Shown in pieces: positions 44,815 through 59,600 of a stretch of DNA of 64,000 nucleotides. The stretch is from contig BQFW01000011.1 in the NCBI GenBank assembly GCA_020891255.1, positions 744,001-808,000 on the forward strand. Reading direction: 5' to 3'. The notes beneath the pieces are model-generated. The model had not been told where the DNA came from, made no database searches, and saw only the letters and a program-made list of their open reading frames with translations. Every line of letters begins with the position of its first letter. Position 1 is the first letter of the stretch. Source of the DNA: Entomortierella parvispora E1425 (lineage: Eukaryota > Fungi > Mortierellomycota). The position numbers and the translations under genes were made by a program.

Positions 44815-47800
44815 TTATCCAGAGAACTGGCACCTAGTGCTGACCACCATGCCGTTGACCTCGGCCTCAGCTCGGATCTCGGTCGCACCAAAGTACATCC
44901 TGAGCTCAAACACCATCTTGTGACCAGGCTGTGCGCCAGGAACAAACGGAAGCGGGATCAAGAAGTCGCCAATTTTTTCGACCATGGGAGAGTCCACATA
45001 GCGAGGCAAACTCATAGATGAGCACGCAAACAGAGGAGAGTTCACAGGCTTGGGGTATTGGTATGTGATATACCGCTTCGTGATACACTCGTCCACTCCA
45101 ATCTGTTGGCCGGGCGACACATAAACCGAGAAACGATCTCGAGCGCGAATCATTCCTTCACGGTCCCTGACCTTCTTGTGGGCCAGATCATGGCCTTCTT
45201 CGTACGCCATGAGAGAATCCACTCCGTACCATCGACGGGCCACGCGTTGTGTGATGGTTCTTGGCATCAATCCAGCATAGGCTGCTCCACGGACCACAGC
45301 CAATTCTGCACGAGGAGGGACACCAATCATGGGCACACGCGATCCAAATTCGGCCTGAACACGGTTGTGAAGGTATCCTGAACAACCAAAGCCTCCGACC
45401 AAGAAGATGGCATGGCACTGGAAATGAGTCTGTTGGAGTTGATGTTGAATAAGTCTCAAGACATCATTCACGACTGGATCAAAAACTTCGCGTCTCATCT
45501 CCTCAGCGGTTACTGTCAAAACGCCATCTTCCAGTCCAATATCATAGTCGGTCAAATCAGCGCGGCCGGGCACTGCTGGCATGGTAATGTACTGGTCCTC
45601 AACGCCGTCGAACAAGGGCTTGACGTTATGGATAAAGTTTTCCATGAGCTGCACCCAGTTGGCGGCGGTTAGACCCTTCTCTTGCCACTTGGCAAACCGT
45701 TTCCTCAGCAGAGCCTCCATACGCTCATCCAAGAAGATAGATCCACAGCTGTGTCCACTGCCTCGAGTAACCTCTCTCAAGGTTCGACCAGTTGGACCAA
45801 CTGCGACTTCGAAAACAATCAGATCCACAGTTCCTCCACCGGCATCACAGATCATGAAACGTTGTCCGTGACCGATTGAGAACTGGTCGCACTTCTTTTC
45901 ACAGTACAAGGCTGCGGCTTCGGGCTCCGAGATCAAGAGAAGACGGTGGGGAGGGTCCAGAGGGGTAATCATGCCTGCCTGAAGTGCAGCTTGACGCATC
46001 ATTGCCTTGGCGTTATCGGTCCACATGGCTGGGACAGAAAGGCAGTACTGAATGTGTTGTTGTTCGAATGCGGCACCGAAACCCTTGAGAACAGACTATG
46101 GTCGAGAGGTGCGGACAAAATTCATTAGCCATCGATAAAAAAAAAGGGTAGATAATTGAATATAAAACGACGGCAAGTCTTTCACATACCTGAACAACAT
46201 GAGCATGGAAGAGGCGGAGATAATCAGCAATGGCATCCACGACAGTAAGACCGTTAGGCAGCGGTGGGTGGGGCCCCGAGGCGTCATCCAAGTGAAGCTT
46301 ATACTTTGAGAGCAGTACATGGTTCTTGAATGGTGGTTTGGTGATTGCGACCTTGGCTGAATAGCCCCATTCCAGAATTTCTTTTGATCCAGGTCCGTAC
46401 AAGTTGCAGGTTGGGACCTTGGGGTAGTTGTGAGTCTGCTTTGGCCTATATGAACAAACAACCATAGAAGATGATTAGCACTGAAGAAAGAGACCGAGTC
46501 GAATGACCTTTCAAGGGTGAACACGGGGAGTATTGAACGCCGTATTCTCCCAATAATAGAGTTAGCTTTTGACAAGTGTACGACGCGTTTGCGAGATTCA
46601 ACTGTGGGCTTTCCTTTGCAGAGCCTTTTCACCCTCGAACTTCTCGTCTTACTCGTTTCTTGGCATTCCCCCCTTCGCCCTTTGCTCTTTGCTCTTTGCT
46701 CGCACTCTTATTCGTGGACTCTAACTCGCAGTTTGTGCAAGGTGGCATGTTCATGCTGCTATCTCCCACGTCCCCATTTCACTGTCAATAAGACCCCTAA
46801 CATTTATCGAGAAGAAAAAAAAAGCACTCACCATGTCGAAACTTCGTGGACTTCGCCATCTTGCTGGTATGCATATGCCATTGAAGAGTACGTTGTACCC
46901 CAGTCGATGGCCATGATGATTGGGTATGTCTGATTCTCACTTCCGGGCATAACATAAGGTCTGTGAGCATAGTGTTGAGCTCCACCAAGAGGGGAGTATG
47001 CTTGCTGGGTTGCCCATGGCTGCGATTGGGTATGAATCGAGTTAGGTGGTCCCGCTTGAAAAACACTCTCGAGTGGGGTAGACAATGGAGAAGCGGGGGG
47101 AGGGGCCACATACGACATTGAGGGCGAAGGTGCCAAAGAGCTGCTACCTTCCACAGCCGCAGGGACCTGAGCTGGAGCGTGAAGTCCATCTGGAGAAGGC
47201 GCAGACGCAGCGTGGATGTTGCCAGGCAGGGGAATGTTCAAGCTGTTGTAAGAAGGGGGCAAGTGGCCGTTGGTTTGCAATGCATCCTCGTCTTCAACGG
47301 TGGGCGTTGATGGAACAGTAGTCGATTCAGCAACGGCAGTAGAAGCTGGTGCAACCGCTGCTGCTCGCTCAGGTTCAACGCCGATTTGGACAGCGTGAGG
47401 GGATCGAAGATCGTGCTCAGTGGGCCGAGTTTCTGAATCAGAAAGATCGGCTTCTAATGGTACTTGCTGCTGCTGCAAGGTGGAGACTAGAGGAGAGTTT
47501 TGTACAAGTTGAGGATTGGCAGGGGGAACGACAGGGGAGGTTTGCTGCGACGCTGTTCCTGAGGATGTTGGGACTGGCGTGGGAGCAGGGGAGTGTGGCT
47601 GTGCCAATCCGGCCTGGTCAACAACAGACGAGTCGGTCGTCCAAGTGGCAGGCACAGCTGGGACAGGGGGGAGAGGAGCCTCCTCAGTAGGAACACCATC
47701 AGCACGACTGATGGCACTCGCATTGGAGTGATGTCCAATGCTCTGGGCTGAGGAGCCGTTGCCGCTCCTGGAATGGTTCTCTGCGGAAGGGATCTCTGGC

Positions 47801-47925
47801 AGATGAGTTGAGGATGGAGAGGGAGAGGGGATGCTGTGCTTGATGGGGGCTGTTGGGGTGGTTGCTTCTGTTGATTGCTTGTCCTTCTTTTTTGAGGAGC
47901 GGAAGACACTCTTGAAGGACTTCAT
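44815..47925 (-). CDS. HSPA12-like (Hsp70-superfamily actin-like ATPase) protein with long P/S/A-rich N-terminus
   Basis: AIDWGTTYSS, KVPT, SVPAMWTDNAKAMMR, LISEPEAAAL, ICDAGGGTVDL, FLVGGFGCSGYL, AVVRGA. Confidence 0.88.
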
Positions 47926-49165
47926 TATGGAGGAAAGTCGAACAAGGGGTGAAAGCAGAACAAGAGGAGAGGGCGGATTGCAGCGATGGAGCGATGGAGC
48001 AATGAAGAAGGAGCGGGGATGGAAGAACGGAAGAAGAGATGGAAGGAAAATTGCTTAAATGAATTTCTGTATCTTTTGGAGGGTGAGACCGACATTCGGC
48101 CGTTGTCGGTCCCTGGAGGTTAAAAGGCTGTGGTGTTTGGGAGCAGCAGTCAAGGACCCACCAGTGGTGGATGCATGACCCTGTCGAGGGCGAGGGCAGG
48201 TTGGCCAGCGCTGTCCTCGAGTTGGCTTGATACTGGAGGATCGAGGATGTAGACAATGCAATTGCTTCAGAGCGGTCGGTGATCTCAAGTTTAGTTTGAA
48301 CGTAGGTTAAAGCCCTTGAATGTCCGCGGCGAGCTGTCGACTTCGAGCCAAAAAGAGAGCAGAAACAGTCTTGCTGCATTACAGCACTGTCTTTCGGCGT
48401 TTTTGGGTGAGCAATAGAAGTCGAAGGAAGTGCCTTGTCAAACCTACCAGAACAAACACAACAGCCCGCGATGACCGCACTCGCGTTTGCCAGACTTGTT
48501 CCTGACTCTTTTCTTCTCTCTGACTTTTTTTTATCTTGCTCTCGATCTTGGGAAAGAATAAACATCTTCGATCCTTTTTTTCTCCCTGCTTCTGGTAACA
48601 GCCTCAGAGCAAACAAGGCTGACAAGTTGGGCTGAAGTGTAGTACAACAAAGTTGGTCGCCCTCTCTAATTCGATCAGTTCTCGAAGGGCTAGCCTTTAC
48701 CTGCTATCCAGCTATTCGCCGATGGAAAGCAGACCTGGGACCTGCATCCTTCCAGCTGGACGCGTCTTTGGCGTCCAACAGGGTAACCTCAAAGAAGCAG
48801 CTAGTCATCGAACGCGTCCTGTTCATGAGCAAGTAATAAAGTGCATGCTAATAGCAATATAGCGTGCACAATAATTTCCTCTTGAGATGACTGTGTTCGC
48901 CCCTTCGCTGCAGGCCCAGAAGGCACGCCACCCATCTGTATTTCCATCTGTTCCTCCACAACGGCACGGTCCCCCGACTGGCTTGTCTGCTCTGGCGCTG
49001 CACCCATTCACCCATTCACCACATCCCTGCAACATGCTCATTCCGACTGACTGACTGACTGACCAACCGACTAACTGACTGCCCGCTACTCTCACTGCAT
49101 CCCCTCCTCCCTCTCCTCTTGGTTTGCTCCCTGATCCCATTTGTACTGTACATCCAACAACATCC

Positions 49166-51297
49166 ATGAGTGCCCCAGTCTCGCGAAGCTTCCATGCCGC
49201 CGTAAGAAACCAACTTGACATTCCACTTTGAAAAATCCTGGGTATCTTGCATGCACCTAATGTCAGCAATGGCCATTCGAATAGACACTCATCAATGCCA
49301 CGCTGTTCCTGAGCGGGGGCACGACTAAAGATAGTCTCAACCAGACAGTCATTTTGGATGATGTTTTGATCTTGGACCTCAGCCGGCCCTGGAAGGTGTC
49401 CAGTCCTCTATTTTCAAGTATCCCAAATCTACAGATACCCCTCAGCGGCCATACCATGAACAGGGTGCAAGGGACATCTCAACTGTTGGTGGCAGGTGGG
49501 GAATCCACTACCAATTCAACCACAACACCAGCGCTTTACCTCTATGACACCACTCAGGGTGCTTCTGGGATGTGGACCAGCCCACCAATACCCGCCAACG
49601 GGACGGATGCTCTTCGACGTATATATCACGCCTCCCTGACCACAGGCAAGGACGGTGCTCTCATCCAGGGCGGATACCTGTTGAAAGCCACCGTAACAAA
49701 CGGCACGACGAATGGTACGGTAGCTGCTAGTGGCAACAGCACCGTCGTTTCATCCCTGGTCACCCTAAGCTCCCCGCACGACTTTGAGCCAGAGTCCTCG
49801 TCCGCCGTGTCCCTAGCTAAAAACGCGCCCGCGCTTGCTCGACATACAATGACGCTAACACCGGACGGGCGCGCTATCATTTTGGGAGGGATCAATGCTC
49901 AAGGGGTGCATGCAAATATGTCATACGCCTATATAATGGACACCCAATCGGCCTCAGCAGAGTGGAAGGTTGTTCCTCTTTCAGGAAAACCCCCAGATCC
50001 CAGATCCAGCTTCACGACAGTCATGGTGAACGCGACAACCATGCTGGTCTACGGAGGAACATCAGACTACAGGAATGCATTCTGGGTCACCTTCTATCTT
50101 GATTTGCCCTCTATGACATGGTCGGCCCCTGCATCCAAGGGACAGATTCCAAAGCGATGGGGCCACACCGCCACGATGGTGGGGTCTACCATGGTAGTTG
50201 TATTTGGTAAGATTTTTGCTACTGACAAATCACTTCTGGTGTTGTAGGAAAGAGTGCTGACAGGTGTGTGTGAAAACAAAAGGAAAAAAAAAAAAAAAGA
50301 TACATGCCAGGGCGGTTCGTGCGGCGTCCGATTTCCTATTTCGAGAAGACAAAGCAGGCAAAACCCATCGTTCGCAGACTTGCTTTGCTTTCAGTTTAAA
50401 AAAAGGCGACACACGGACAGCAGACAGACGTGATATCCGTCCGCATGATGTCAAAGGCGGGCCATGGTTGGCTGGCCCATCCGCAGGCAAAGACCCTTGT
50501 TCACCCCCTTTTGTCCGTCCATCGATCTGGACTCTTTCTGTCCTTTTTTCGTCCCTCTCCCACTTACCTTTCCCCCTCTATTCCCCGCCGTCTTTTTATT
50601 CCACTTAGGACTGACATCGCACCAGGTCCCAGACGAGACAAACGTGGCTCTGCTGGACACCACCACCAACACCTGGCTCACAGAGTATACTCCCCAAAGC
50701 GCCTCCCCTCCAAACGGTGAAACCATGGACCCCAGCAAGGACCCCTCTCTGAGTCTTGGCGCCGTATTGGCGATCGCATTTGTTGTCACAGCGACCCTGG
50801 TCATGGGAAGCTTTTGGCTCTTTGTTCGTAGAAAGAAGCGTCAGACTCGAAACACAATGGCAAAGGAGATAATGGGAGGCCAGCAGACTGCCAGGGCAGT
50901 TTTGCGTAGTCAAGACGAAGCACGACCTCACAGCTTCCTTGGTCGTGCCGCAGTGGTGTTTGGTGGTGGCAGTGCCCGTAATAGCTTTAGTGAGCTGGAA
51001 CGACAAAACCAGCAGCAACAACCCAGGACGAGCATTGATCCGCAAGAGCAGGCGAACTCGCCACAATCCTTGATTGCACAGATGGCGCAACGTGGCCACA
51101 CCCCTACCGATCTAGGGTATCCGGAAGGTGTAGTTCAGCATGGTACAGGAGAGGTCCCCATAGCGGACTACATCTACCCGAACCAACCCCATACAATGAC
51201 CCAGAAGAGCATGGGCGGACAGAAGGCGCTGGTCGTCTTTCATGCACCCACTTTGGCACAGCTTGAGGCTGTTCGGCTGAGTAAACTACATCCCTAG
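49166..51297 (+). CDS. Kelch-repeat (beta-propeller) single-pass membrane protein, about 3 exons
   Basis: PVSRSFHAA/TLINATLFLSGG, RIYHAS, LARHTMT, PDPRSSFT, PKRWGHTATMVG; TM LSLGAVLAIAFVVTATLVMGSFWLFV followed by RRKKR. Start is uncertain. Confidence 0.8.
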
Positions 51298-54200
51298 GAG
51301 ACGAGCGAATCTGTGTACCTTTCAGTCTTTTGTGCACTAAATCGCTTCGATTCGATCCAAGCATGACACTTTTTTGTCATTTCATCCCTACCCCTGTATA
51401 TGTATATAATAGCTTAATGAACCGTTGTAGATAAAGAAAGAACGAACAAAAAAATATACTGTTACTGCTACTGCTGATCGACGCGTCCACTTGGTTTGCG
51501 TCACAGTTTCAAAACTTCCAAAACCGAGCAATTAATGGAGCGATCATCTCAACACTTCGTCGCAAGATCTTTTACTGCAGATGTGCTGTGCTCAGGTTTG
51601 CCTATCGACCAATCATTCGTTCCTCATGGAACTTTTCTCTTTGGCCCATCGGCCGGAAAGCTGTAAAAAGAAAAAGAGAGGAAAAAGGAGGGAGGAGTTT
51701 TTGAAAAAGAAAAAAGAAGGGCGATCCTTGCTCGGTGGCAACCAATCACCTTCCACGCAGAGGGCTCCTTTTCACGAGGATCTGATGGGAAAAGAGCTGT
51801 TAAAGTTCCCTCTTGGATGTTGGAAAGTCAAAGTTTGGAAACTCGTGATGTTGCGGGGAAAGAGGGTGGCCAGCTGCAACTGGGACACAGCAGTTGCCCA
51901 TTGCTAAAGGCTCTCGCTTTTCTTTTCTTTCCTTTTCTCTCTCTCTCTCTCTCTCTTTCTTTGTTCCAGACAAGGCAACATTTGCGCAAAGAATGTCAAG
52001 AGTCAAACATGGCGGCAGATGGGCAAAAAAAAGTTAATACGCCCAAAAGATCTTTTTTTTCATTCTTTTCTTTCCTCAAACCTCTGTCTGTGGTTCCTTC
52101 TCCCCCCTGGATGACTTGGTCATCTTTTCCTCTTCATTAAACTTTTTGCCCAGTGACAATGGAGGCAATAGAGTCGGCGGTGTTCAGCTTTTGGCGGTTG
52201 GCTTGCATTTGTGGTTTCTGGCTCAAGAGGGGCATTTTCGTCACATGGGAAGGGGTGGGTTTGCAGGGGTAGAAGGGCACGCGATAACAGTCAAGATTCA
52301 CCAATGGCTGGTGGCAACTGTGCGACGAGACGGTTAATGGTCAGAGCTTTCCTAGAATCCTATCCGCGGCTCCTTTTACCCGCGTGTTGCCGGTTCGGAC
52401 CAGAGAGAGGGAGGGAGGATGGAGCAACCAAAACAAGCACTCTGCAGCCTAATTGCAAAGTATTCGTTGATAGGCTGATGCTCAGCAAGGGGGCTGGGAG
52501 TGTTAACGTAACGGACTTCCACAAACAAACATCCCACAAACTCACAAACACACGCAACAACGACGACGACAACAAAAAAACAAACAAAAAATAAGTGCCC
52601 AGGAGTAAGAGTGGAGCGGACGGACCAATTACTTGTCAACATGAAGGTTGAACCCTGTGTGCGCAATACCAATTGCTTTGTCAATTTTTTTTTCTCTCTC
52701 ATTTTTTGTATTACGGAGACGCTGACATGTACTTCCAGAGTCATAAGGTCTTTGAAAAGAATCATTTTTCCGCGGGCAAGTCGTCATTGGATGATCACCA
52801 TCCTCCTCGAACGACCTAAAACAAAAAGAAAGAAAAACAAACGAAAAGGAGATCATCTAATCATTATGGCGGGCTGCTCCCCTGGTTTTTTCATATTGTC
52901 TTGCGCTTTTGTTTTAAACTCGTGTCCATCGGGTCTGGAGAGGAGATGACCGCTCGTCTTTGTAACCGACCGACCCATCCGATACAATACAGGAATTGGG
53001 GGTGGGGACAGAAAAAAACACACTTCTTGTCTCTCAGCCCGCCCTTTTTGGGTTTTTAAAGCGGGGAAACTCGGTCCTTTTTCATTTTGTCATCGTTCAC
53101 CGTCATGCGAGCCTTGATTTGAAACGGAAATCATAAAGGAGAGAGAAAAAGAGAGAGATAGAGAGAGCGCGTGCGAACAAGAAGAGAGACAGAGACAGAA
53201 GATTGCCTTTTTGCTCAGGAACATTTCCAACGCGTCTATCTTCACATCCTTCCCAACCGTTGCAAAGCGGGGTTGGCGCGCGTTTTGACAAAGACGCGCC
53301 CTGTTCTTTTTTTTTCTTTGCTCCTCTCCGCTTTGTGCTCTTGTTTGTATTTCGCCGACCTTTTTTTTGTGATGCATGCAGTCAGTGGCCCGGCCACAGG
53401 TTCTTGCTGACTGTTTGAGTTTTTTTTTCTCTTGATCCAGTTTGCTCGCAAGTTTCTGCTTAGCGTTTGGCGATGCTGAATTTCTTGTGCGCCCCTCGTT
53501 GAACGGAGAGGAAGAGACAAGGAAAGAAAAAGAAGGGCAAAAAGGCAGGCAGGCGTCAATCGTCGTGGAACCACAAACATTGTTAAATATGGCCGTCATG
53601 CATGACGAACCCGGGCAGGCGTGTACATGGGCATTTGGGGTGGTTGAGTGGGGCGGTTGTCCAAGTCGTGTTTGGGTCATCCCAGCAGGATTCCCTTAAA
53701 AAGATTCAGATCCAAAAGAAAGTTGAACTGCAAGAAAAAAATAAAAAAGATGTACACATGATGGATGAACAGGACAGGAAGTGAATTGCTGGAACGAACC
53801 ATTGAAGTGGCGGATGAGAGCAGCGAATCGGCCCTTTGGGTGGAGGGCCATCTCTAATCTGTCAATCTTTCAGCGCGGTCAGACAGAACAAGTTTTTTGC
53901 TTTTTGGGTGCTGCTGTGCCTGTGCCTGCTCCCTGTTCCTTGCGCTCTTGAGCCGTTGCTTGAGTGAAAAAAGGTACCGTACCTTCCTCGAATCGATGCA
54001 CCGTGGACTGTTTCGCGCTCACTTCTTTCAAACAACCCTTTTTCGTCCCCCCCACCCCCTCTTTCTCTCTCTCTCTCTCTCCCCCTCTCGCTCTTCTCGC
54101 TCTTCTCGCTCTCTCATCCCTCCTTCTTTTTTCGCTTTGTTTGTTTTGCGATCCCCTCCCCCTTTGCATAATTGCCAGCATCGCCGTCGCCACTGACCGC

Positions 54201-56697
54201 CCAGCGCATCCGTCCTTCATTCTTCATCACTCAGCAATTTCTTGTCCTCAGCAGTGAAAAACAGCGCCTTCTCCTCGCTGGACCCGTTCTTTTGTCATCC
54301 ACGGACCCCACATCAAGCCTGATCGTGCCCCACGCCCCTCTCAACACCTCTCTCTGTCTGCCCTTGACCCCTTCTTTCTCTTGCTTCCATCCTCTATCAG
54401 CTGTCCCTCCTCTTTCCTCATCTTTGACCATCGACTTTCTCCTTTTCACCCACCTTCCTGGCTCTTCCTTCTTTCTCCTGTTTTCCACCCATTCTTACAA
54501 ACGCACTCATCAATCAGTCCCTTTCCCATACCTTTGTCAGCAAGTCGCGACAGGCACCATCAAAAGAGCTCGACGTTGAACGAACCGTCTCACACCGAAC
54601 AACAGGAGCCTGCGTAGGTCATCCTAAAGAACGAAGAGCGTTCTCTTTCTTCTATTGCATTCCTCCTCTTGGTAGCTATTGCCTCACATCCACGGTTCCT
54701 TTTTTTTTTTTTTTTTTTTGTTCTTTTATGAGCTTTCTTGGTCTCTATCCTTTCCTATTCATTCTATTTGGCACTTTCAACTTATTCTGCTGCTGGCACT
54801 TTCATCCTCGCACAAAAAAAATGGATACACAGCAATCGTGTTCAGTTCCCCAGTGACCCCACCCGTCCATTCGTTGTAGATCTTTCGCCCGGGGGCCTCC
54901 CCCCTTCTCCTTTTCTCTGTCCCCCCTCTTTTGCATTTGCGATTGCATTTGCATTTAACATTTTGTACCCAAGAGGGATAACAGCCCCTATCTGTCGAGC
55001 AGTAGGTCCTCGTTTTTTTTACTCTCTTTCTTCTTTTTCCGTTCTCATGTTTCCTTTTACCACACGCAGCCCAACGACCCCTGGTCTGTTTACATGTGCC
55101 TTACTGGACCCAGACCTTCTCCTGCCCCCTGTCTCCTCTTTCCCCCATCTCGATTGATCGGCCCAGCTTACGCACAAAATGACCTTTGTGTTATTTGGTT
55201 GGTTCCAACAGATTGGAATAAGGAAGGAAGAGGAGGGAAAAGAGGGAAAGGAGAGGAAGGGTTCAGGCGAAAGGGGGCCTGGGTCTCTTTTGGCTTGTTC
55301 TCTTTTGGCTTGTTCTCTTTCAATGGGTCCACCTGTGGGTTCCTGCAGCGAGCGATACACGAACGAGCCTTCATCCTTCCACAACTTGTTTTTTCTGTGA
55401 TTGCTCGTCTCTGCTCACCTCAGCAGCGCACAGCTCTTTTTCTTTTCTTTTTTTTTTGTTGTTGTGTTTTGTAATTGATTTTCCCTCTCCTTTCTTCTCG
55501 CTTCGGTGTTTTCTACTGTCTGGGTCCAGGAACGGCAGGCGAGAGCGCTCATTCACAGTATGGGGTGCAGTGCAGGCACACAGTCGAGATGGACGTCCCC
55601 CCTCCCCCTTTTTTTATTTTCTTTTCGCTCGCATGTCATTGTGCTGCATTGGCCAGAGGGTGACCTACATGCAAAAGGGTACAACACCGTTCATACATGG
55701 ACCTACTTTACTGAGAAAACGGAATGCTCTCATTCTACACAGTCTTTCATTGGGAAGGCGTGTCCTCTCATTTGCTCGAGCGGATGAGCCAATGAGGCCG
55801 TTGGGAAATGAGCCGATGGAGAGCAATGATGGATCTCCAACCGCAGGAGACTGGTGATGAGTAAAAATAAAGAGAAAGACGGAGCGACAGCAGACTGACG
55901 GCACGAAGCAGGACTGAGAAGGGATGGAGGAGCAAAAGAGAGAGAGCGCGCGCGCGAGCGAGAGAGAGATATATACAAGGAAACAGGAAATGAGAAAAAG
56001 AGAGACAAGAGTTAGAGAGAGCAGAGCGGGCAGGCAGCATGGTTCACGAGAAGAAGAAAGGAAGAACGGGGAACAGCGGACACGCATGGGCCATGGCCCA
56101 CTCACGCGTCGCATTTTATTTATATCGTTTCGTGTTCATTTCGTTCTTTTTTTTTTTTTTTTCTTTCTTCTTTTTCTTTCTTTTTCTTTCGTCCCTCTAC
56201 CTTTCCTTTCTCTTCCCTTCTTTCCTTTCTTATTCCACTGTTGTCCTTTTCTCTCTCTGTCCTTGTTCCACACTCCTCTCCTCACCCAGGTTCTAACCAT
56301 TCCTTCTGCTTATTCCCTCACCATCACCCATTGCCTCGATCGCAATTAGATCTTCGTTGCTTCTGCCGAGGACCCAAGCCCGTGTTTTTTTGGAACCACC
56401 TCAACGAATATTTTCCCATCCTCCTCCAATAGTCTCCTTGAACGATAGCTCAATTTCTCGGCACCACTTGAACCACTCTCTTGATTGATTACTTGAAAAT
56501 CTCCTCAGCTATCCGTCGTCTCCTCTCCTCCTCCTCTTTTTGCCTCCTCTTCCTCCCTCCTCCCTTGCGATCCTCTTCGAATCTGCATATTGTCAGAACA
56601 AGGCAGTTCTAAATTGCCATTGCTCTGACCCGAAACAACTTTTTTGACTCCTTCAACAAATCCCACCACGACGTCTTCCCAGTACTCCCATTCCGCG

Positions 56698-59600
56698 ATG
56701 CAGGGTTCGGGAGTCGATCCTGACCCTGGTCCGGCACCACCACCCTCGCTCACTTTGCCCCCATTGAGCGAGCTGGACAAGGTGATCCGACCTGACGCTG
56801 GGCCGGACCATCGATACCCTCACAATATGCCCCTCATGGGATCCCAGTCTCGCTCGCAATCACAGCTCTCTGACCCTCATCTGCATTCGTCGATGCATCA
56901 GCGACCCCATTATAGTGGCAGCAGCAGCAGTGGAAGCATTATTAATGGACTCCCACCTCAGCATCCACAGCAACTTCAAATGCAGCAGCAACACGGGGGT
57001 GGTGGTCACCCTTATCAGTATCAGCCATCCGGGCATGAATCTCGGCCACCCTACCCACATGACCAACACAGTCGGCACTCCTCTTCGGTAGGATCTCTCC
57101 CAGGTACCGTATACATACCAAAAAAAACAAAAACAAAAAAAAGAGGGAAAGGGAAAAAAAAAGAAGACTCATTCCAGCTCCAAACATGATCTGGGTTTCT
57201 GTGCTGTGCGGCTGCACGTCAGAACCTGCCCACAGATCCGGCATCTCTTTGGCATGGATAAACATTATTAATTGTCGGCAATTATGATCCGCAGACTCGG
57301 ATTTAAAGCATTTGCCCGCATGCACAGAGAGACACATACACACCCACCCACCCCCCCTTTTTTCGATCATTGCGATGCTTCCATCGGTCTTTTTTCTTGT
57401 TTGGGCCCTTCCTTATTCTCTCCACCCCTTTCTGACCCCCTTGCTTGTGCTTGTGCTTTGCTTTGCCTTTTTGTTTATCTTCTCTCCCCTTGGATAATAA
57501 CATCATAGACCTGTACATGAGTTCACCCTCAGCCCCTTCGACCACAACGACCTCCAGTCTCTCTCGTGCAGATTCACTGTCGAGTATGGAATACCTTCAA
57601 GGAGCTCATCCCGGTCACAGTCGTCGACATTTGCCTAGTGCTGGCGACATGAGCAGCACTACCACTGGCTCCAGTGCTGGTAGCAGCTATGGCCCAAGCC
57701 GAAGTAGTATCAGTGGCAGTGGTAGAGGAAGTGTCACTGGAAGTGTGATGAGCGGTAATGGTGGACGAAGTCTACATCACCATCATTATCATTCCTCCAT
57801 GGGTCTTGGACGTGCAAATCTCTCGGCGGCTATTCACCATCAACAGCAACAGCTACAGCTACAGCAGCAGCAACATCAACAGCATGCCATGACCACTGCC
57901 TCGTCGAATTGCTCTGCTTCAGCCGTGAGCAATCAGCGCTCGTCTGCCGCTGGCGGCAAAGACGGTAGCGTGAATGGTCATGGCAACAACAGCAATGGTA
58001 CTGGAACTGGAAATAGCAAATCGACCGGCAGCTCTGCTGGCTCAGAGCAAGGTCGAAACTCTACTAAACGTGCGGCCCAGAACCGGGCCGCCCAACGCGC
58101 GTTCCGTCAGCGCAAGGATCTCTATGTCCGTGAACTGGAGCGCAAGGCCGAATTGTTGCAGGAGGCAGAGGGTCAAATCTTGCAACTGGCTGCCAGGAAC
58201 CATGAATTGGAAGTTACTTTGGCTCGACATCAGCAGCATCAACAACAACAGCAACAACAGCAGCAGCAACAATCCTCGTCTTCGTCTTCTGGATCGCCTC
58301 AGCCTCTTTCCCATGATCCCAACCACCATCCTTCTCCCACTTCTGGGGCCACTGTGGCTAATGGTGCTGCTTCGGAGGCGGATCATAGACCGGCCATGAC
58401 GCGTGATACGAATGAGTTTGACGAATTTGAGTATGATCGTTTCTCGAGATCGACTCGCGATCCTCATCCTCATCATGGTTCTCGACAGGAAGCGCCCTCT
58501 TCTCCTTCTCTTCCTCCTCGCCTCTTATTCAATCGCCACGAGTCCACGCCTGATATTCGAAGCGCTTATACTCGAGGCAGAGAGTCTGAGTATGACCGGG
58601 ATTCTGGCCGTCCATTGCATCAACAGCACCAGCAGCAACAAGAGCATCTGGGACGACGCGGATCCAACAACTCGGCCGACTCAGGAGACGATCATTATGG
58701 TCCTGCAACCGGCCGTAGTGACCCTGGCCCCGACTATCACGGCGCTACTACCCGCGATGGATCCATGGACTACGGATTGGCCTCTGCTCCTTCGCACTAC
58801 AACGGTGTTGCGCACCAACAAGCAACGATGCAAGCGCAAGAGCGACCCTCCTTGTACCGCATCTCGACCGAAGGAGGACGACTGGGTCCCTTGGACTCGC
58901 CTGCTCACAACGGCTCCCATCAGCCCTCCTCTGCCCGTTCCTGGCATGAGGACAGCCACAACCTGCGATCGCCTCCTCAGGCTTCCTTCAGTCCTCTTGG
59001 AGGAATGGTCCGTGATCAGGCAGGTGGCATGGCTGGATCTCCCAAAGGCGAGACGGAGTACATGATGGAGGATCGACTTCCTGAAGGCCGTCCTCCAGCT
59101 GCTGCAGCATTGTATGAGGGCATCAAAAAGCGCCAAAGCGAAGGATCTTTCAACTGGACAGGACCACGCAACTCGATCCGTTCAAGTCATCATCCAGCGC
59201 TTTCGAAACAGAGCAGCTGGAGTGCGTTTCCCTCCTCGTCCTCGCCATCGTCCTCCAAGGCCATGACCGGCAATGGGGGTCCTGTTCATCTTCCGCCACT
59301 CAACAGCCATTTCCGTGACCACCCTGTTGACACTGAAATGCAAGAGACTCAGTCACCCCAAGTCCGTCATGACGCGCATGCTCCATATCCGTTGCAACAC
59401 CGTGGCAGCGCCAGCAGTCTTTCGGGAGGCCGTGATGCCGAAAGACGGATGTCGGGTTCTGAAGCAGGCTCGATGGGTGTCTCACGTATGGCCATGTCCG
59501 ACAGCCCAGATATGTCTTCTTCAGATTCTTCTCGCTTCACGTCTTCTGCCATGTCGATGCGATACCCCCCTCAGCAGCAGCAACAACAACAGCAGCTGCC

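Noticed and set aside
47699-48625. 308-aa minus-strand ORF upstream of the HSPA12-like gene
   Set aside because: Low-information translation of a pyrimidine-rich UTR/promoter overlapping the true start in another frame.
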